Notes: a model not told the origin generated them from the sequence alone. Counted from the stretch's first letter, positions 28,295-37,789 are shown. The stretch is DNA of 64,000 bases from Pseudolabrys sp. (GCA_035571935.1 DATNBL010000015.1:4771-68770), one strand, 5' to 3'. Numbers and translations are program-made.

Positions 28295-29896
28295 GTGGTG
28301 GGGTATCGAATTGCACGGACATTGGCGGTGGTTCTGAGGGCGGCGCGTCGCATCCTGCTGTCGAGCACAATCGTGCGCGCCGGCGCAACGGCGGGCCTTG
28401 CCGTGCTGCTGGTCGCGGCGGCAAGCGCGTCGCTGCAATCGGCCTCCGCCGAAGGCGACACGCGCACGCTGACGTTCCATCACCTGCACACCGGCGAAGA
28501 CATCACGATCACCTTCAAGCGCAACGGCCGCTACGACGACGCGGCGCTGAAGAAGCTCGACTGGTTCATGCGCGACTGGCGCAAGGAACAGTCGACCAGC
28601 ATGGACCCGCATCTGTTCGATCTCCTGTGGGAGGTCTATCGCGAGGTCGGCGCGACGGCGCCGATCGACGTCGTGTGCGGCTATCGCTCGCCCTCGACCA
28701 ACGCGCTGCTGCGGCAGCGCTCCTCCGGCGTCGCGGAGCTGAGCGAGCACACGCTCGGCCACGCGATGGATTTCTATATTCCCGGCGTGCCGCTCGAGAA
28801 GCTGCGCGAGATCGGCCTGCGCTTGCAGCGCGGCGGCGTCGGCTTCTATCCGTCGTCCGGCTCGCCCTTCGTGCACATGGACACCGGCAACATCCGCCAC
28901 TGGCCGCGCATGACCTATGCGCAACTCTCGAAAGTATTTCCCGACGGCCGCACCGTGCATGTCGCCGCCGATGGCCGGCCGCTGCCGAGATTTGCATTGG
29001 CGCTTGCCGACGCCGAGCGCCGCGGCCAATCGCCGAACCGGCTGTCGCTCGAGCAGGCGCTGGCGCACGGCGCGATCAGCGAGCACCAGGAGCAGACGGC
29101 GGAGGCGATGGCAGGCAGGCAGAAGCGCATGCTGGTCGCGAAGATCTACGGCGGGAAGGACGACGAGGAGACGGCGGACGAGGCCGAGACGCTCGCCTCC
29201 GTCCCGGTCGCGACGCAACGCATCGTGCCGCTGCCGTCGGCGCGGCCGCAAGGCGCGATGACGGTCGCCGCGGCGAAAACCGCGCCGAAGCCGGCGGGGG
29301 CGCCTTACGCGATGGTCACCCTCGGGCCGAACATGTTCGACACGCGCGGGCTGTGGCAGACGGCGCCGGACGCGCTCGCGGCGCTGGCGCAGGCCGAGAC
29401 GAAGCCGGTTGAGGTCGCATCCGCCGATCCGGCGGTCACCGGCTCGGCCGGCGCGGATGCGCTGGCCTACGCGCCCGGGACGGCCGCCGCGCCGCCTCCC
29501 CGCGCGAAGGCCATGGGCGCCGGCGTGAGCAAGGCGATGGCCGCGGTGGCCGAACCGCGCATCGCCGCGACGCCGAACACCACCGTCGTCGCCAAGGCGG
29601 GCGCGGCGTCCGGCACGTTCGCGCACATGACGAGCGGCGCGCAGCGGCTCGACAGCCCGTGGCTGCGCGCGGCGATGCTGACGCCGAGCATCAGCCACGC
29701 CATGACGGTGACGCGTTTCGGCGCCGTCGACCCGCGCGGCTTCGACGAATTGCTGCACAAGCCGCCGCAGGCGCTGGCGATGGCCTTCTCGGCCGATCCG
29801 CTCGCCGGCATGCGCGCCGACCGCTTCACCGGCAATGCCGTGACCTTCCTCGCCACCGCGACCTTCGTCCGGGCCCGGACCGCATCGCTGGACTAG
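28295..29896 (+). CDS. DUF882 / YcbK(MepK)-like M15 peptidoglycan endopeptidase with long C-terminal extension
   Basis: HLHTGE, MRDWR, MDP.LFDLLW, CGYRSP, SEH..G.AMDF, FVHMDTG; follows ldt as in ycbB-ycbK; start uncertain. Confidence 0.9.
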   Translation: MVGYRIARTLAVVLRAARRILLSSTIVRAGATAGLAVLLVAAASASLQSASAEGDTRTLTFHHLHTGEDITITFKRNGRYDDAALKKLDWFMRDWRKEQSTSMDPHLFDLLWEVYREVGATAPIDVVCGYRSPSTNALLRQRSSGVAELSEHTLGHAMDFYIPGVPLEKLREIGLRLQRGGVGFYPSSGSPFVHMDTGNIRHWPRMTYAQLSKVFPDGRTVHVAADGRPLPRFALALADAERRGQSPNRLSLEQALAHGAISEHQEQTAEAMAGRQKRMLVAKIYGGKDDEETADEAETLASVPVATQRIVPLPSARPQGAMTVAAAKTAPKPAGAPYAMVTLGPNMFDTRGLWQTAPDALAALAQAETKPVEVASADPAVTGSAGADALAYAPGTAAAPPPRAKAMGAGVSKAMAAVAEPRIAATPNTTVVAKAGAASGTFAHMTSGAQRLDSPWLRAAMLTPSISHAMTVTRFGAVDPRGFDELLHKPPQALAMAFSADPLAGMRADRFTGNAVTFLATATFVRARTASLD

Positions 29897-29976
29897 GCCG
29901 GCTTTAGAAGAGGGGAAGAGCGCCGGCGTCTGCGCTATGCTGGCAGCGCGACTCGCGCCTTCATCCTGAGCCCGCC

Positions 29977-30630
29977 ATGGTCGAAACCTTCCTGCTCGTG
30001 CTCGCCGCGCTGTTCCCGATCGTCAATCCGCCCGGCACCGCGCTGGTGTTCCTGAGCATGACCGCGCGCGCCTCGCATGTGGAGCGGCGCCTGCTGGCGC
30101 GGCGCGTCGCCATCAATTCCTTCTTCGTGATGGCGGTCGCCTTCCTGCTCGGCGCCCTGGTGCTGAAGTTCTACGGCATCTCCATTCCGGTGCTGCGCGT
30201 CGCCGGCGGGCTGATCGTCGCCATCTCCGGCTGGAAGCTGCTCAACGAAGGCAATCCGAAGGGAGAGGACGCGGCGCAGACGGGCGGCAAGATCGAATAT
30301 TCCGGCCTCGCCTTCTATCCGCTGACTTTGCCGCTGACGACCGGACCGGGCACCATCGCCGTGCTGATCAGCCTCGGCTTCTCGCGCGGCGTCTATATCG
30401 ACTTCAGCCAGGAGGCGCGCTTCGTCGCCGCGGGGCTCGCCGCGACGATCGCGATGGCCGCGTTCATCTACGTGTGCTTCGCTTTTTCCGACCGGATCGA
30501 ACGAATCCTCGGCCGCGGCGGCACCGACATCGCGGTGCGCCTGTCGGCGTTCATCCTGTTCTGCCTCGGTGCGCAGATCGTCTGGAGCGGCGCCAGCGAA
30601 TTGATCCGCTCGGTGATGGTGCCGGCCTGA
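29977..30630 (+). CDS. MarC family membrane protein
   Basis: LFPIVNP.G, FYGIS...LRVAGG, AFYPLTLPLTTGPG.I. Confidence 0.93.
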   Translation: MVETFLLVLAALFPIVNPPGTALVFLSMTARASHVERRLLARRVAINSFFVMAVAFLLGALVLKFYGISIPVLRVAGGLIVAISGWKLLNEGNPKGEDAAQTGGKIEYSGLAFYPLTLPLTTGPGTIAVLISLGFSRGVYIDFSQEARFVAAGLAATIAMAAFIYVCFAFSDRIERILGRGGTDIAVRLSAFILFCLGAQIVWSGASELIRSVMVPA

Positions 30631-30632
30631 GC

Positions 30633-30657
30633 CGTCGTCCCCGCCAAAGCGGGGGGC
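30633..30657. repeat. Solo/degenerate REP-like palindrome
   Basis: CGTCGTCCCCGCCAAAGCGGGGGGC, similar to the left arm of 25658-25755; between convergent genes. Confidence 0.6.
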
Positions 30658-30669
30658 AACAGCGAGTGA

Positions 30670-30954
30670 CTACTGCACCATCCCCAGCGCGTGCATGTAG
30701 GTCTCGAGCACGGCTTCCTGCTCGCGGCGCTCGTCGGTGTCGAGCTTGCGCAGGCGCACGATGGTGCGCAGCGCCTTGACGTCGAAGCCGTTGCCCTTGG
30801 CCTCGGCGTAGACGTCGCGGATGTCGTCGGAGGTGGCCTTCTTTTCCTCCTCGAGACGCTCGATGCGCTCGATGACCGCCTTGAGCTGGTCGCGCGCGAA
30901 GGTGGTGTTGGCTTTTTCCGCTTCGAGTTTTTCGGCCGCGGCGCTGGCTGGCAT
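30670..30954 (-). CDS. gapR: GapR (DUF2312) nucleoid-associated protein
   Basis: [17 protein letters not shown]....[15 protein letters not shown]; AAGGAG RBS. Confidence 0.93.
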   Translation of the reverse strand: MPASAAAEKLEAEKANTTFARDQLKAVIERIERLEEEKKATSDDIRDVYAEAKGNGFDVKALRTIVRLRKLDTDERREQEAVLETYMHALGMVQ

Positions 30955-31109
30955 CGACGTCTCCTTGAACCTGGCGGCGGATAAACGCCGCCGCTTTGAG
31001 GAAGGAGCATTCGGAATTACGCGCGGCGGGGTCAAGGCGGCAGGCGGGTCATCCACGCTGTTCACAGCGCCGAGACAAAAGACTTGCCGCCCGCGGGTGC
31101 GGCAGACGC

Positions 31110-31137
31110 GGAACCTTTCCTCCCGGGCGGCATCAAA
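31110..31137 (+). promoter_or_regulatory. ECF sigma-type promoter upstream of the patatin gene
   Basis: GGAACCTTTCCTCCCGGGCGGCATCAAA; same -35, -10 and spacing as 1667-1694. Confidence 0.6.
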
Positions 31138-31153
31138 ATGCGCTAGAGAACGC

Positions 31154-32020
31154 ATGCCCTACATGACCCGCACCGGCGAAAAAACAGCGTTCGTCTTCAG
31201 TGGCGGCGGCAGCCTCGGCGCAATCCAGGTCGGCATGCTGCGGGCGCTGCTGGTCGCCGGAGTCACGCCGGATTTCGTCGTCGGCGCGTCGGTCGGCGCC
31301 ATCAATGCGAGCTACTTCGCCTGCGCGCCGACCGGTGACGGCGTCGCGGCGCTTGCGCGCATCTGGCTGGGTTTGCGCCGCTCCGACATCTTCCCGTTCA
31401 CCTTCGCCAGTGCGATGGGGTTCTTCCGGCATCCCGGCAACCTGGTCGACCCGGCCGGGCTGCGCCGCGTGATCGAGGCGCACCTGCCATGCGCGCGGAT
31501 CGAGGACGCGATCATTCCGTTGCACATCATGGCGACGGACCTGCAAGGCCTGCCGGTCCGTCTCTCCGCAGGCCCGGCGGCCGAGGCGATTTTGGCGAGC
31601 ACGGCCATCCCCGGCATCTTTCCGCCGGTCACCATCGGCGGCGAGCCGCTGATCGACGGCGCGGTCGCGGCCAATACGCCGATGCGGCTCGCGATGGAAT
31701 TGGGCGCGACGCGGATCGTCGTGCTGCCGACCGGCTATGCCTGCGCGCTCAAAGAGCCGCCGCGGAGCGCCGTCGGCAAGGCCCTGCACGCGGTCACGCT
31801 GATGATCGCCTGGCAGCTCATGCACGAACTGGAGAACGTGCCGCAGGGTGTCCAGGTGCATCTCGTGCCGACATTGTGCCCGCTGGCCGTGTCGCCGTTC
31901 GACTTCTCCTCGTCCGGCGCGCTGATCGAGCGCGCCGCGCAGTCGTCGCGCCAATGGATCGACGGCGGCGGCTTGACGCGGCCGGCGCGTCCCGAGGAGC
32001 TCTCGCCGCACCGTCACTGA
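31154..32020 (+). CDS. Patatin-like phospholipase (NTE family)
   Basis: [13 protein letters not shown] nucleophile, [13 protein letters not shown]; start ATG 31154 or 31163. Confidence 0.92.
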   Translation: MPYMTRTGEKTAFVFSGGGSLGAIQVGMLRALLVAGVTPDFVVGASVGAINASYFACAPTGDGVAALARIWLGLRRSDIFPFTFASAMGFFRHPGNLVDPAGLRRVIEAHLPCARIEDAIIPLHIMATDLQGLPVRLSAGPAAEAILASTAIPGIFPPVTIGGEPLIDGAVAANTPMRLAMELGATRIVVLPTGYACALKEPPRSAVGKALHAVTLMIAWQLMHELENVPQGVQVHLVPTLCPLAVSPFDFSSSGALIERAAQSSRQWIDGGGLTRPARPEELSPHRH

Positions 32021-32036
32021 CGGCCGGCAAGGCGGG

Positions 32037-32342
32037 CTAGTGCCCCGGCTTGGCCTTGTCGAAGGCGGCCTTCTGCGCCGGCGAGGCCTCCTTCTGGTGC
32101 CTGGCGCGCCATTCGTCGTAGGGCATGCCGTAGACGGCCTCTCGGCTCTCGTCCTTGCTCATGGCGAGGCCCTGAGCGTCGGCGGCGTCCTTCATCCAGT
32201 TCGACAGGCAGTTGCGGCAGAAGCCGGCCAGATTCATCAGGTCGATGTTCTGCACATCGGCACGATCACGTAAGTGCTCGACCAGCCGCCGGTAAACGGC
32301 GGCTTCGAGCTCGGTGCGGGTCTTGTCGTCGATATTGTCCAT
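32037..32342 (-). CDS. DUF1244 family protein
   Basis: DVQNIDLMNLAGFCRNCLSNW, VYGMPY.EW. Confidence 0.92.
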   Translation of the reverse strand: MDNIDDKTRTELEAAVYRRLVEHLRDRADVQNIDLMNLAGFCRNCLSNWMKDAADAQGLAMSKDESREAVYGMPYDEWRARHQKEASPAQKAAFDKAKPGH

Positions 32343-32429
32343 GGCGATGAGGCTCCGGCGGTCGCACAAGAAGATAATTGGCGGGCCGCCATCTTGCCAT
32401 AGGCGGCAAAAATGGGCCGTATCGGCCTT

Positions 32430-33716
32430 ATGTCCGACGCGCGCGCCCTCCTCGATTCGCTGTTTGCAACCGCGGTGGCCGCCGCGCATCCATCCGCCTT
32501 CCTGCCGCGCCTTCTGCCGGCGCCGCCGAAGGGACGCGTCGTGCTGCTCGCCGCCGGCAAGGCGGCCGGCTCGATGGCCGAGGTCGCCGAGCAGGTCTAT
32601 CTCGACGGCACAGGTCTCGCGCCAGAACGGCTCGCCGGTATCGCGGTGGCGCGGCACGGCTATGGGCGGCCGACGCGCGCGGTCGAGATGGTCGAGGCCG
32701 GGCATCCGATTCCCGACGCGGCCGGGCTTGCCGCGGCTGAACGCGCGCTCCAACTCGGGGACGGGGCCGGTACATATGATCTCGTTCTGGTGCTGATGTC
32801 GGGCGGGGCGTCGGCCAACTGGATCGCGCCCGCCGCCGGCATCTCGTTTGCCGACAAGCAGGCGGTGACGCGCGCGCTCCTGCGCTGCGGCGCGCATATC
32901 GGCGAGATTAACTGCGTGCGCAAGCACCTCTCGCGCATTAAGGGCGGACGGCTGGCGCGCCACGCCTACCCGGCCAAAGTCGCGACCATCGCCGTCTCCG
33001 ACGTGCCGGGCGACGATCCCGCCGTGATCGGTTCCGGCCCGACCGTGCCCGACCCGTCGACGCTCGCGGACGCGCGCGCCATCGTCGCGAAATACAAGCT
33101 CGACGTGCCGGCGGCGGTCACGCGGGCGCTGGCCGATCCGGCGAACGAGTCGCCCAAGCCCGGCGACAAGGTGTTCGGCGCGACAAGCTTCACGCTCGCC
33201 GCTCGGCCCGCCGACGCGCTCGCCGCCGCCGAGAAGGCGGCGAAGGCCGCCGGCTACGAGGTCGTCTTCCTCGGCGACCGGGTCGAGGGCGAGGCGCGCG
33301 AGGTCGCCGCCGCCCATGGCAGGCTTGCGCGCGACCTGCGCGCTCAGGGCAAACGCGCCATCATCATGTCAGGCGGCGAACTGACCGTGACCATCCGCGG
33401 CCAGGGCCGCGGCGGGCCGAACCAGGAATATGCGCTGGCGCTGGCCGGCGAGATCGCCGGCATGGCGGGGGTCGCGGCGCTCGCCGCCGACACGGACGGC
33501 ACCGACGGCGGCGCCGGCGACGCCGCCGATCCGGCCGGCGCCGTCGTCGACGGCGGCACCGTCATGCGGGCGAAATCGCTCGGTCTCGATCCCGCCGCGT
33601 TCCTCGCCAATAACGATTCCACCGGCTTTTTCACGGCCCTGGGCGATCTCGTCCAGCCCGGCCCCACCTACACCAACGTGAACGACTTCCGCGCCATCGT
33701 CGTTGACACGCCTTGA
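32430..33716 (+). CDS. ttuD: Glycerate 2-kinase / hydroxypyruvate reductase (MOFRL family, TtuD-like)
   Basis: AGKAA, EAGHPIPD, SGGAS, IN.VRKHLS.IKGG, SDVPGD, GGE.TV, DTDGTDG, TNVND. Confidence 0.9.
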   Translation: MSDARALLDSLFATAVAAAHPSAFLPRLLPAPPKGRVVLLAAGKAAGSMAEVAEQVYLDGTGLAPERLAGIAVARHGYGRPTRAVEMVEAGHPIPDAAGLAAAERALQLGDGAGTYDLVLVLMSGGASANWIAPAAGISFADKQAVTRALLRCGAHIGEINCVRKHLSRIKGGRLARHAYPAKVATIAVSDVPGDDPAVIGSGPTVPDPSTLADARAIVAKYKLDVPAAVTRALADPANESPKPGDKVFGATSFTLAARPADALAAAEKAAKAAGYEVVFLGDRVEGEAREVAAAHGRLARDLRAQGKRAIIMSGGELTVTIRGQGRGGPNQEYALALAGEIAGMAGVAALAADTDGTDGGAGDAADPAGAVVDGGTVMRAKSLGLDPAAFLANNDSTGFFTALGDLVQPGPTYTNVNDFRAIVVDTP

Positions 33717-33756
33717 GTCCCCGCGCGACAACCCGGCCCACCGCAACCGACGGCAC

Positions 33757-34311
33757 GTGACCGCATTGGCTTTCCCCGCACCCCGGCGCCTCGTTCGATC
33801 GCTTGCCCGCGCCGGCGCGCCTGCCCTGCTGCTCGTGCTGCTCGCCGCCCTGCCCGCCCGCGCCGATTTCCGCCTCTGCAACAACACCGGTAGCCGGGTC
33901 GGGGTCGCGATCGGCTACAAGGACGCCGAAGGCTGGACCACCGAAGGCTGGTGGAACATCTCGCCGCGATCCTGCGACACCTTGCTGCGCGGCGCGCTGG
34001 TCGCGCGTTACTATTACATCTACGCGGTCGACTATGACCGCGGCGGCGAATGGTCGGGCCACGCGTTCATGTGCTCGCGCGACAAGGAGTTCACCATCCG
34101 CGGCACCGATAATTGTCTTGCCCGCGGTTACGACCGCACCGGCTTCTTCGAGGTCGACACCGGCGAGCAGCGGTCGTGGACGGTGCAATTGACCGACACG
34201 GCCGAACAGGGACCGGGCCGCACGGCGTCGCCGCCGGGCACGCCGCTAACGCCGCCACGGCCGGGACGGCCGCCGTCGACGCCGACCGCACCGGAGGGTG
34301 GAAAGAAATGA
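33757..34311 (+). CDS. DUF1036 secreted protein
   Basis: ARA-DFRLCN.T, W.TEGWWN, RYYY.YA, C..RG....GF.EVDTGE; start uncertain (33703 or 33757). Confidence 0.88.
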   Translation: MTALAFPAPRRLVRSLARAGAPALLLVLLAALPARADFRLCNNTGSRVGVAIGYKDAEGWTTEGWWNISPRSCDTLLRGALVARYYYIYAVDYDRGGEWSGHAFMCSRDKEFTIRGTDNCLARGYDRTGFFEVDTGEQRSWTVQLTDTAEQGPGRTASPPGTPLTPPRPGRPPSTPTAPEGGKK

Positions 34312-35741
34312 GACGTCTGCGCCGCACCAAGATCGTCGCCACGCTCGGGCCGGCGTCGTCCAGCACGGAGATGATCGGCAAATTATTCAACGCCGGCGCC
34401 GACGTCTTCCGCATCAACATGAGCCACACCTCGCCCGACCGCATGCGCGAGATCGTCGCCATGATCCGCAGCGTCGAGCGCGACAACGACCGGCCGATCG
34501 GCATCCTCGTCGACCTGCAAGGCCCGAAGCTCCGCCTCGGCACCTTCAAGGGCGGCTCCGTCGTCGTGAAGGGCGGCGACACCTTCGTGCTCGATTCCGA
34601 TCCGGCCGAAGGCGACGCGACGCGCGCCTACCTGCCGCATCCGGAGATCTTCGCCGGCGCCGAGCCCGGCCACACGCTGCTGATCGACGACGGCAAGGTG
34701 CGCCTCACCGTCACCGAGGCGCAGCCCAAGCGCATGGTCACGCGCGTCGAGATCGGCGGCAAGCTGTCCGACCGCAAGGGCGTCAGCCTGCCGGATTCGA
34801 CCATCCCGTTCTCGGCGCTGGCCGAGAAGGACCGCACCGACCTGGAAGCCGCGCTCGACGCCGGCATCGACTGGGTCGCGCTGTCGTTCATCCAGCGGCC
34901 GGAGGATATTGCCGAGGCCAAGAAGATCACGCGCGGCCGCGCCGCGGTGATGGCCAAGATCGAGAAGCCGCAGGCGGTCACGCGGCTGTCCGAGATCATC
35001 GACCTTGCCGACGCGCTGATGGTGGCGCGCGGCGATCTCGGCGTCGAGATGCCGCTAGAAAAAGTGCCCGGCGTGCAGAAGCAGATGACGCGCATGGGCC
35101 GCGCCACCGGCAAGCCGATCGTGGTGGCGACGCAGATGCTGGAATCGATGATCACATCGCCGGTGCCGACGCGCGCCGAGGTGTCCGACGTCGCCAGCGC
35201 CATCTTCGAGGGCGCCGACGCGGTGATGCTGTCGGCGGAATCGGCGGCCGGACAGTATCCGGTCGAGGCGGTGACGATGATGGACCGCATCGCCCGCTCG
35301 GTGGAGAGCGACCCGACCTATCGCGGCATCCTCGACGCGCAGCGCGCGGTGCCGGAGCCGACCGGCGCCGACGCCATCGCCGACGCCGCGCGCCACATCG
35401 CCGACACGCTCGACCTCGCCGCGGTGATCTGCTGGACCTCGTCCGGCTCGACCGCGCTGCGGGTCGCGCGCGAGCGCCCCCGGCCGCCGGTCGTGGCGCT
35501 GTCGCCGAACATGTCGACCGGGCGGCGGCTCGCGGTGGTGTGGGGCGTGCACTGTGTGGTCACCGAGGACGCGCACGACCAGGACGACATGGTCGACCGC
35601 GCCTGCCGCATCGCCTTCCGCGAGGGCTTCGCCAAGGCGGGGCAGCGCGTCATCGTCGTCGCCGGCGTGCCGCTCGGCACCCCCGGCGCGACCAACATGC
35701 TGCGCATCGCCTATGTCGGGCAGGACATCGGCGGCGACTGA
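34308..35741 (+). CDS. pyk: Pyruvate kinase
   Basis: RTKIVATLGP, RINMSH, DLQGPKLR, AKIEKP, MVARGDLGVE, ATQMLESM, MLSAES. Confidence 0.98.
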   Translation: MRRLRRTKIVATLGPASSSTEMIGKLFNAGADVFRINMSHTSPDRMREIVAMIRSVERDNDRPIGILVDLQGPKLRLGTFKGGSVVVKGGDTFVLDSDPAEGDATRAYLPHPEIFAGAEPGHTLLIDDGKVRLTVTEAQPKRMVTRVEIGGKLSDRKGVSLPDSTIPFSALAEKDRTDLEAALDAGIDWVALSFIQRPEDIAEAKKITRGRAAVMAKIEKPQAVTRLSEIIDLADALMVARGDLGVEMPLEKVPGVQKQMTRMGRATGKPIVVATQMLESMITSPVPTRAEVSDVASAIFEGADAVMLSAESAAGQYPVEAVTMMDRIARSVESDPTYRGILDAQRAVPEPTGADAIADAARHIADTLDLAAVICWTSSGSTALRVARERPRPPVVALSPNMSTGRRLAVVWGVHCVVTEDAHDQDDMVDRACRIAFREGFAKAGQRVIVVAGVPLGTPGATNMLRIAYVGQDIGGD

Positions 35742-35755
35742 GGCGAGCCCACAAT

Positions 35756-35883
35756 TTATCCCTCCCCTGAAAGGGGTGGGTCCGGCGCGCCAGCGCCGGG
35801 GGTGGGGTTGCCTTAAAATTGGAAAAGCCCCCACCCGGCGCGCTGACGCGCACCAACCTCCCCCGCAAGCGGGGGAGGGATAA
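35756..35883. repeat. CCCTCCCC/GGGGAGGG-type dimeric palindromic repeat
   Basis: TTATCCCTCCCC...GGGGAGGGATAA terminal inverted repeat with internal hairpins; between convergent genes. Confidence 0.8.
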
Positions 35884-35892
35884 GGTGAAGCA

Positions 35893-37701
35893 TCATCCCC
35901 GGCGATCGCTCGCGATCCGGCCGTCTTCGAACGTCAGGATGCGGCCGCACAGCGCCAGGCTCTCGGCGCGATGGGCGATGAGGATGATGGTGGGCCGGGC
36001 CGAGAGCGCGGACAGCCGCATCAGGATGTCGCGCTCGGCGGCCGCGTCGATGGCGCTGGTCGCCTCGTCGAGGATCATGACGCGCGGCCGGCGCAACACG
36101 GCGCGCGCCAGCGCCAGCCGCTGACGCTCGCCGCCGGAGACGAGCGAGCCGCGCTCGCCGACCACCGTGTCGAGGCCGCGCTCCATGCGGTGCACGAGAC
36201 CGGCGGCGCCGGCGGCCTCGAGCGCGCGCCACATCTCCGCCTCGCTCGCTTGCGGCGCCATCCAGGCGAGGTTGCGGCGGACGCTGTCGTGGAACAGGAA
36301 CGCGTCCTGCGCCACATAGGCGATGCCTTCGCGCCAGGCGTCGAGCGTGGCGGCCTCGAGCGGCACGCCGCCGATGGCGATGCGCCCGGCCTGCGGCGTC
36401 AGCAGGCCGGCGAGGAGATCGGCGAAGGTGGTCTTGCCTGCGCCGGAGGGGCCGGTGATGCCGACGCATTCGCCGGGCGCGATGGCGAGATCGAGCGCGG
36501 CGACGCCGCGCACATCGCCGCCGCCGCCGTGCACATAGGTGACGGCGTGGAAGGCGACCGGCCCGTCGGGCAGCGGCGCGCGGCGCGCGGGCGCGGCGGC
36601 TAAAGGCAGCGCGGCGAGTTCGCGCTCGAGCGCGCGCATGCTCGCATAAGCCGGCAGGAGCCGCGCAAGGAGTTGCGCGCCCTGCTGAATCTGGCCGGCC
36701 GGTCCGCTCATCCGCGCAATGACGACGACCAGCACGATCAGCGCCGACGCCGGCGCGTGGAAGATGCCGAAGCCGGCTAGCACCAGCGCCCCCGACGCCG
36801 CCGTAGTGAGCACCGTGGAGGTCGCGCGTGCGCGCGCCTGCCCCCGCGCGAAGTCGACCTGCCGCGCGGCAAGCTCGTTGAGCGTGCGGCCGAATTCCGA
36901 CAGGAAAGCCGGCTGCAAATTCTGCCCGATCGCGAGCTTGAGCCCACCGAGGAATTGCGACGTGGTGTCGATCAGCGAGAGGTTGCCGCGCGTGACACCG
37001 ACGCCGACGCCATAGGCGCGGCGCACCAGCGGGACGAGGACGATGGCGCCGGCGGCGAGAACGGCAAAGACGGCAAACATCAGAAGCGGCGCAAGCGAGA
37101 GAAGGAGCACCGCCTGCGCGGCGAGCATCGCCGCGGCGACCGCAGTGCGCAGGAGGATGCCGGCCGCGGCGCCGATGCTCTGGACTTCCGCGCCCATGAG
37201 CTGCGTGATGCGGGCATAGCGCAGCCGCGTCAGCGATTCCCACGGCGCGGCGGCGAGGCGCCGTGCAAGCCGCAGACGCAGGCCCTCGGAAAACCCGACC
37301 TGGAGCGTCGCGACGCGCACGTCGCGCACCGCGGAGACCGCCGCGCGCGCCGCAACGACGACCCCAAGCGCGACGACGAGCAGGATCAGGCGGCCTTGCG
37401 CCGTGTCGATGCCGACCTCCGCAAAGACCGCCGCCGCAATCCGTTCCAGCCGGCCGGAAGGCGCCGACGGCGCGATGACGACACCGATCAAGGGCACGAT
37501 CAGGGCAAGGCCGATGCCCTCGAGCAACGCGCCGGCGGCGACGGCGAGAGCGGTCGCGATGCCGCCGCGCCCGGCAAAAGCGGCAATGTCGCGCAGCAGC
37601 GCCGCCGCTTCGCGCCCGCCGCCCGCGATGCGATCCTGCGCCCTGCCCATGCGCCCGTGCATGGCCGATTGTGGCATTCTATCCTTCGGCTCTGCAATCA
37701 C
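35893..37701 (-). CDS. ABC exporter, fused TMD-NBD
   Basis: About 6 TM, GPSGAGKT, YVAQD, VSGGERQR, ILDEATS, IAHR; start uncertain (37701-37650). Confidence 0.9.
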   Translation of the reverse strand: MIAEPKDRMPQSAMHGRMGRAQDRIAGGGREAAALLRDIAAFAGRGGIATALAVAAGALLEGIGLALIVPLIGVVIAPSAPSGRLERIAAAVFAEVGIDTAQGRLILLVVALGVVVAARAAVSAVRDVRVATLQVGFSEGLRLRLARRLAAAPWESLTRLRYARITQLMGAEVQSIGAAAGILLRTAVAAAMLAAQAVLLLSLAPLLMFAVFAVLAAGAIVLVPLVRRAYGVGVGVTRGNLSLIDTTSQFLGGLKLAIGQNLQPAFLSEFGRTLNELAARQVDFARGQARARATSTVLTTAASGALVLAGFGIFHAPASALIVLVVVIARMSGPAGQIQQGAQLLARLLPAYASMRALERELAALPLAAAPARRAPLPDGPVAFHAVTYVHGGGGDVRGVAALDLAIAPGECVGITGPSGAGKTTFADLLAGLLTPQAGRIAIGGVPLEAATLDAWREGIAYVAQDAFLFHDSVRRNLAWMAPQASEAEMWRALEAAGAAGLVHRMERGLDTVVGERGSLVSGGERQRLALARAVLRRPRVMILDEATSAIDAAAERDILMRLSALSARPTIILIAHRAESLALCGRILTFEDGRIASDRRG

Positions 37702-37789
37702 AGGTTGATCGCCCTTTTCCGCCCCTTGGCGCGTCCCGCGCCCGTGCTATGTCCCCCCGGCACGACCCTCCACGCACAGGTTCCCCGAC

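Noticed and set aside
30955-31153. ORF-track N-terminal extensions of gapR and the patatin gene that overlap each other
   Set aside because: Better starts exist at 30954 (with SD) and 31154/31163; the region is a divergent promoter
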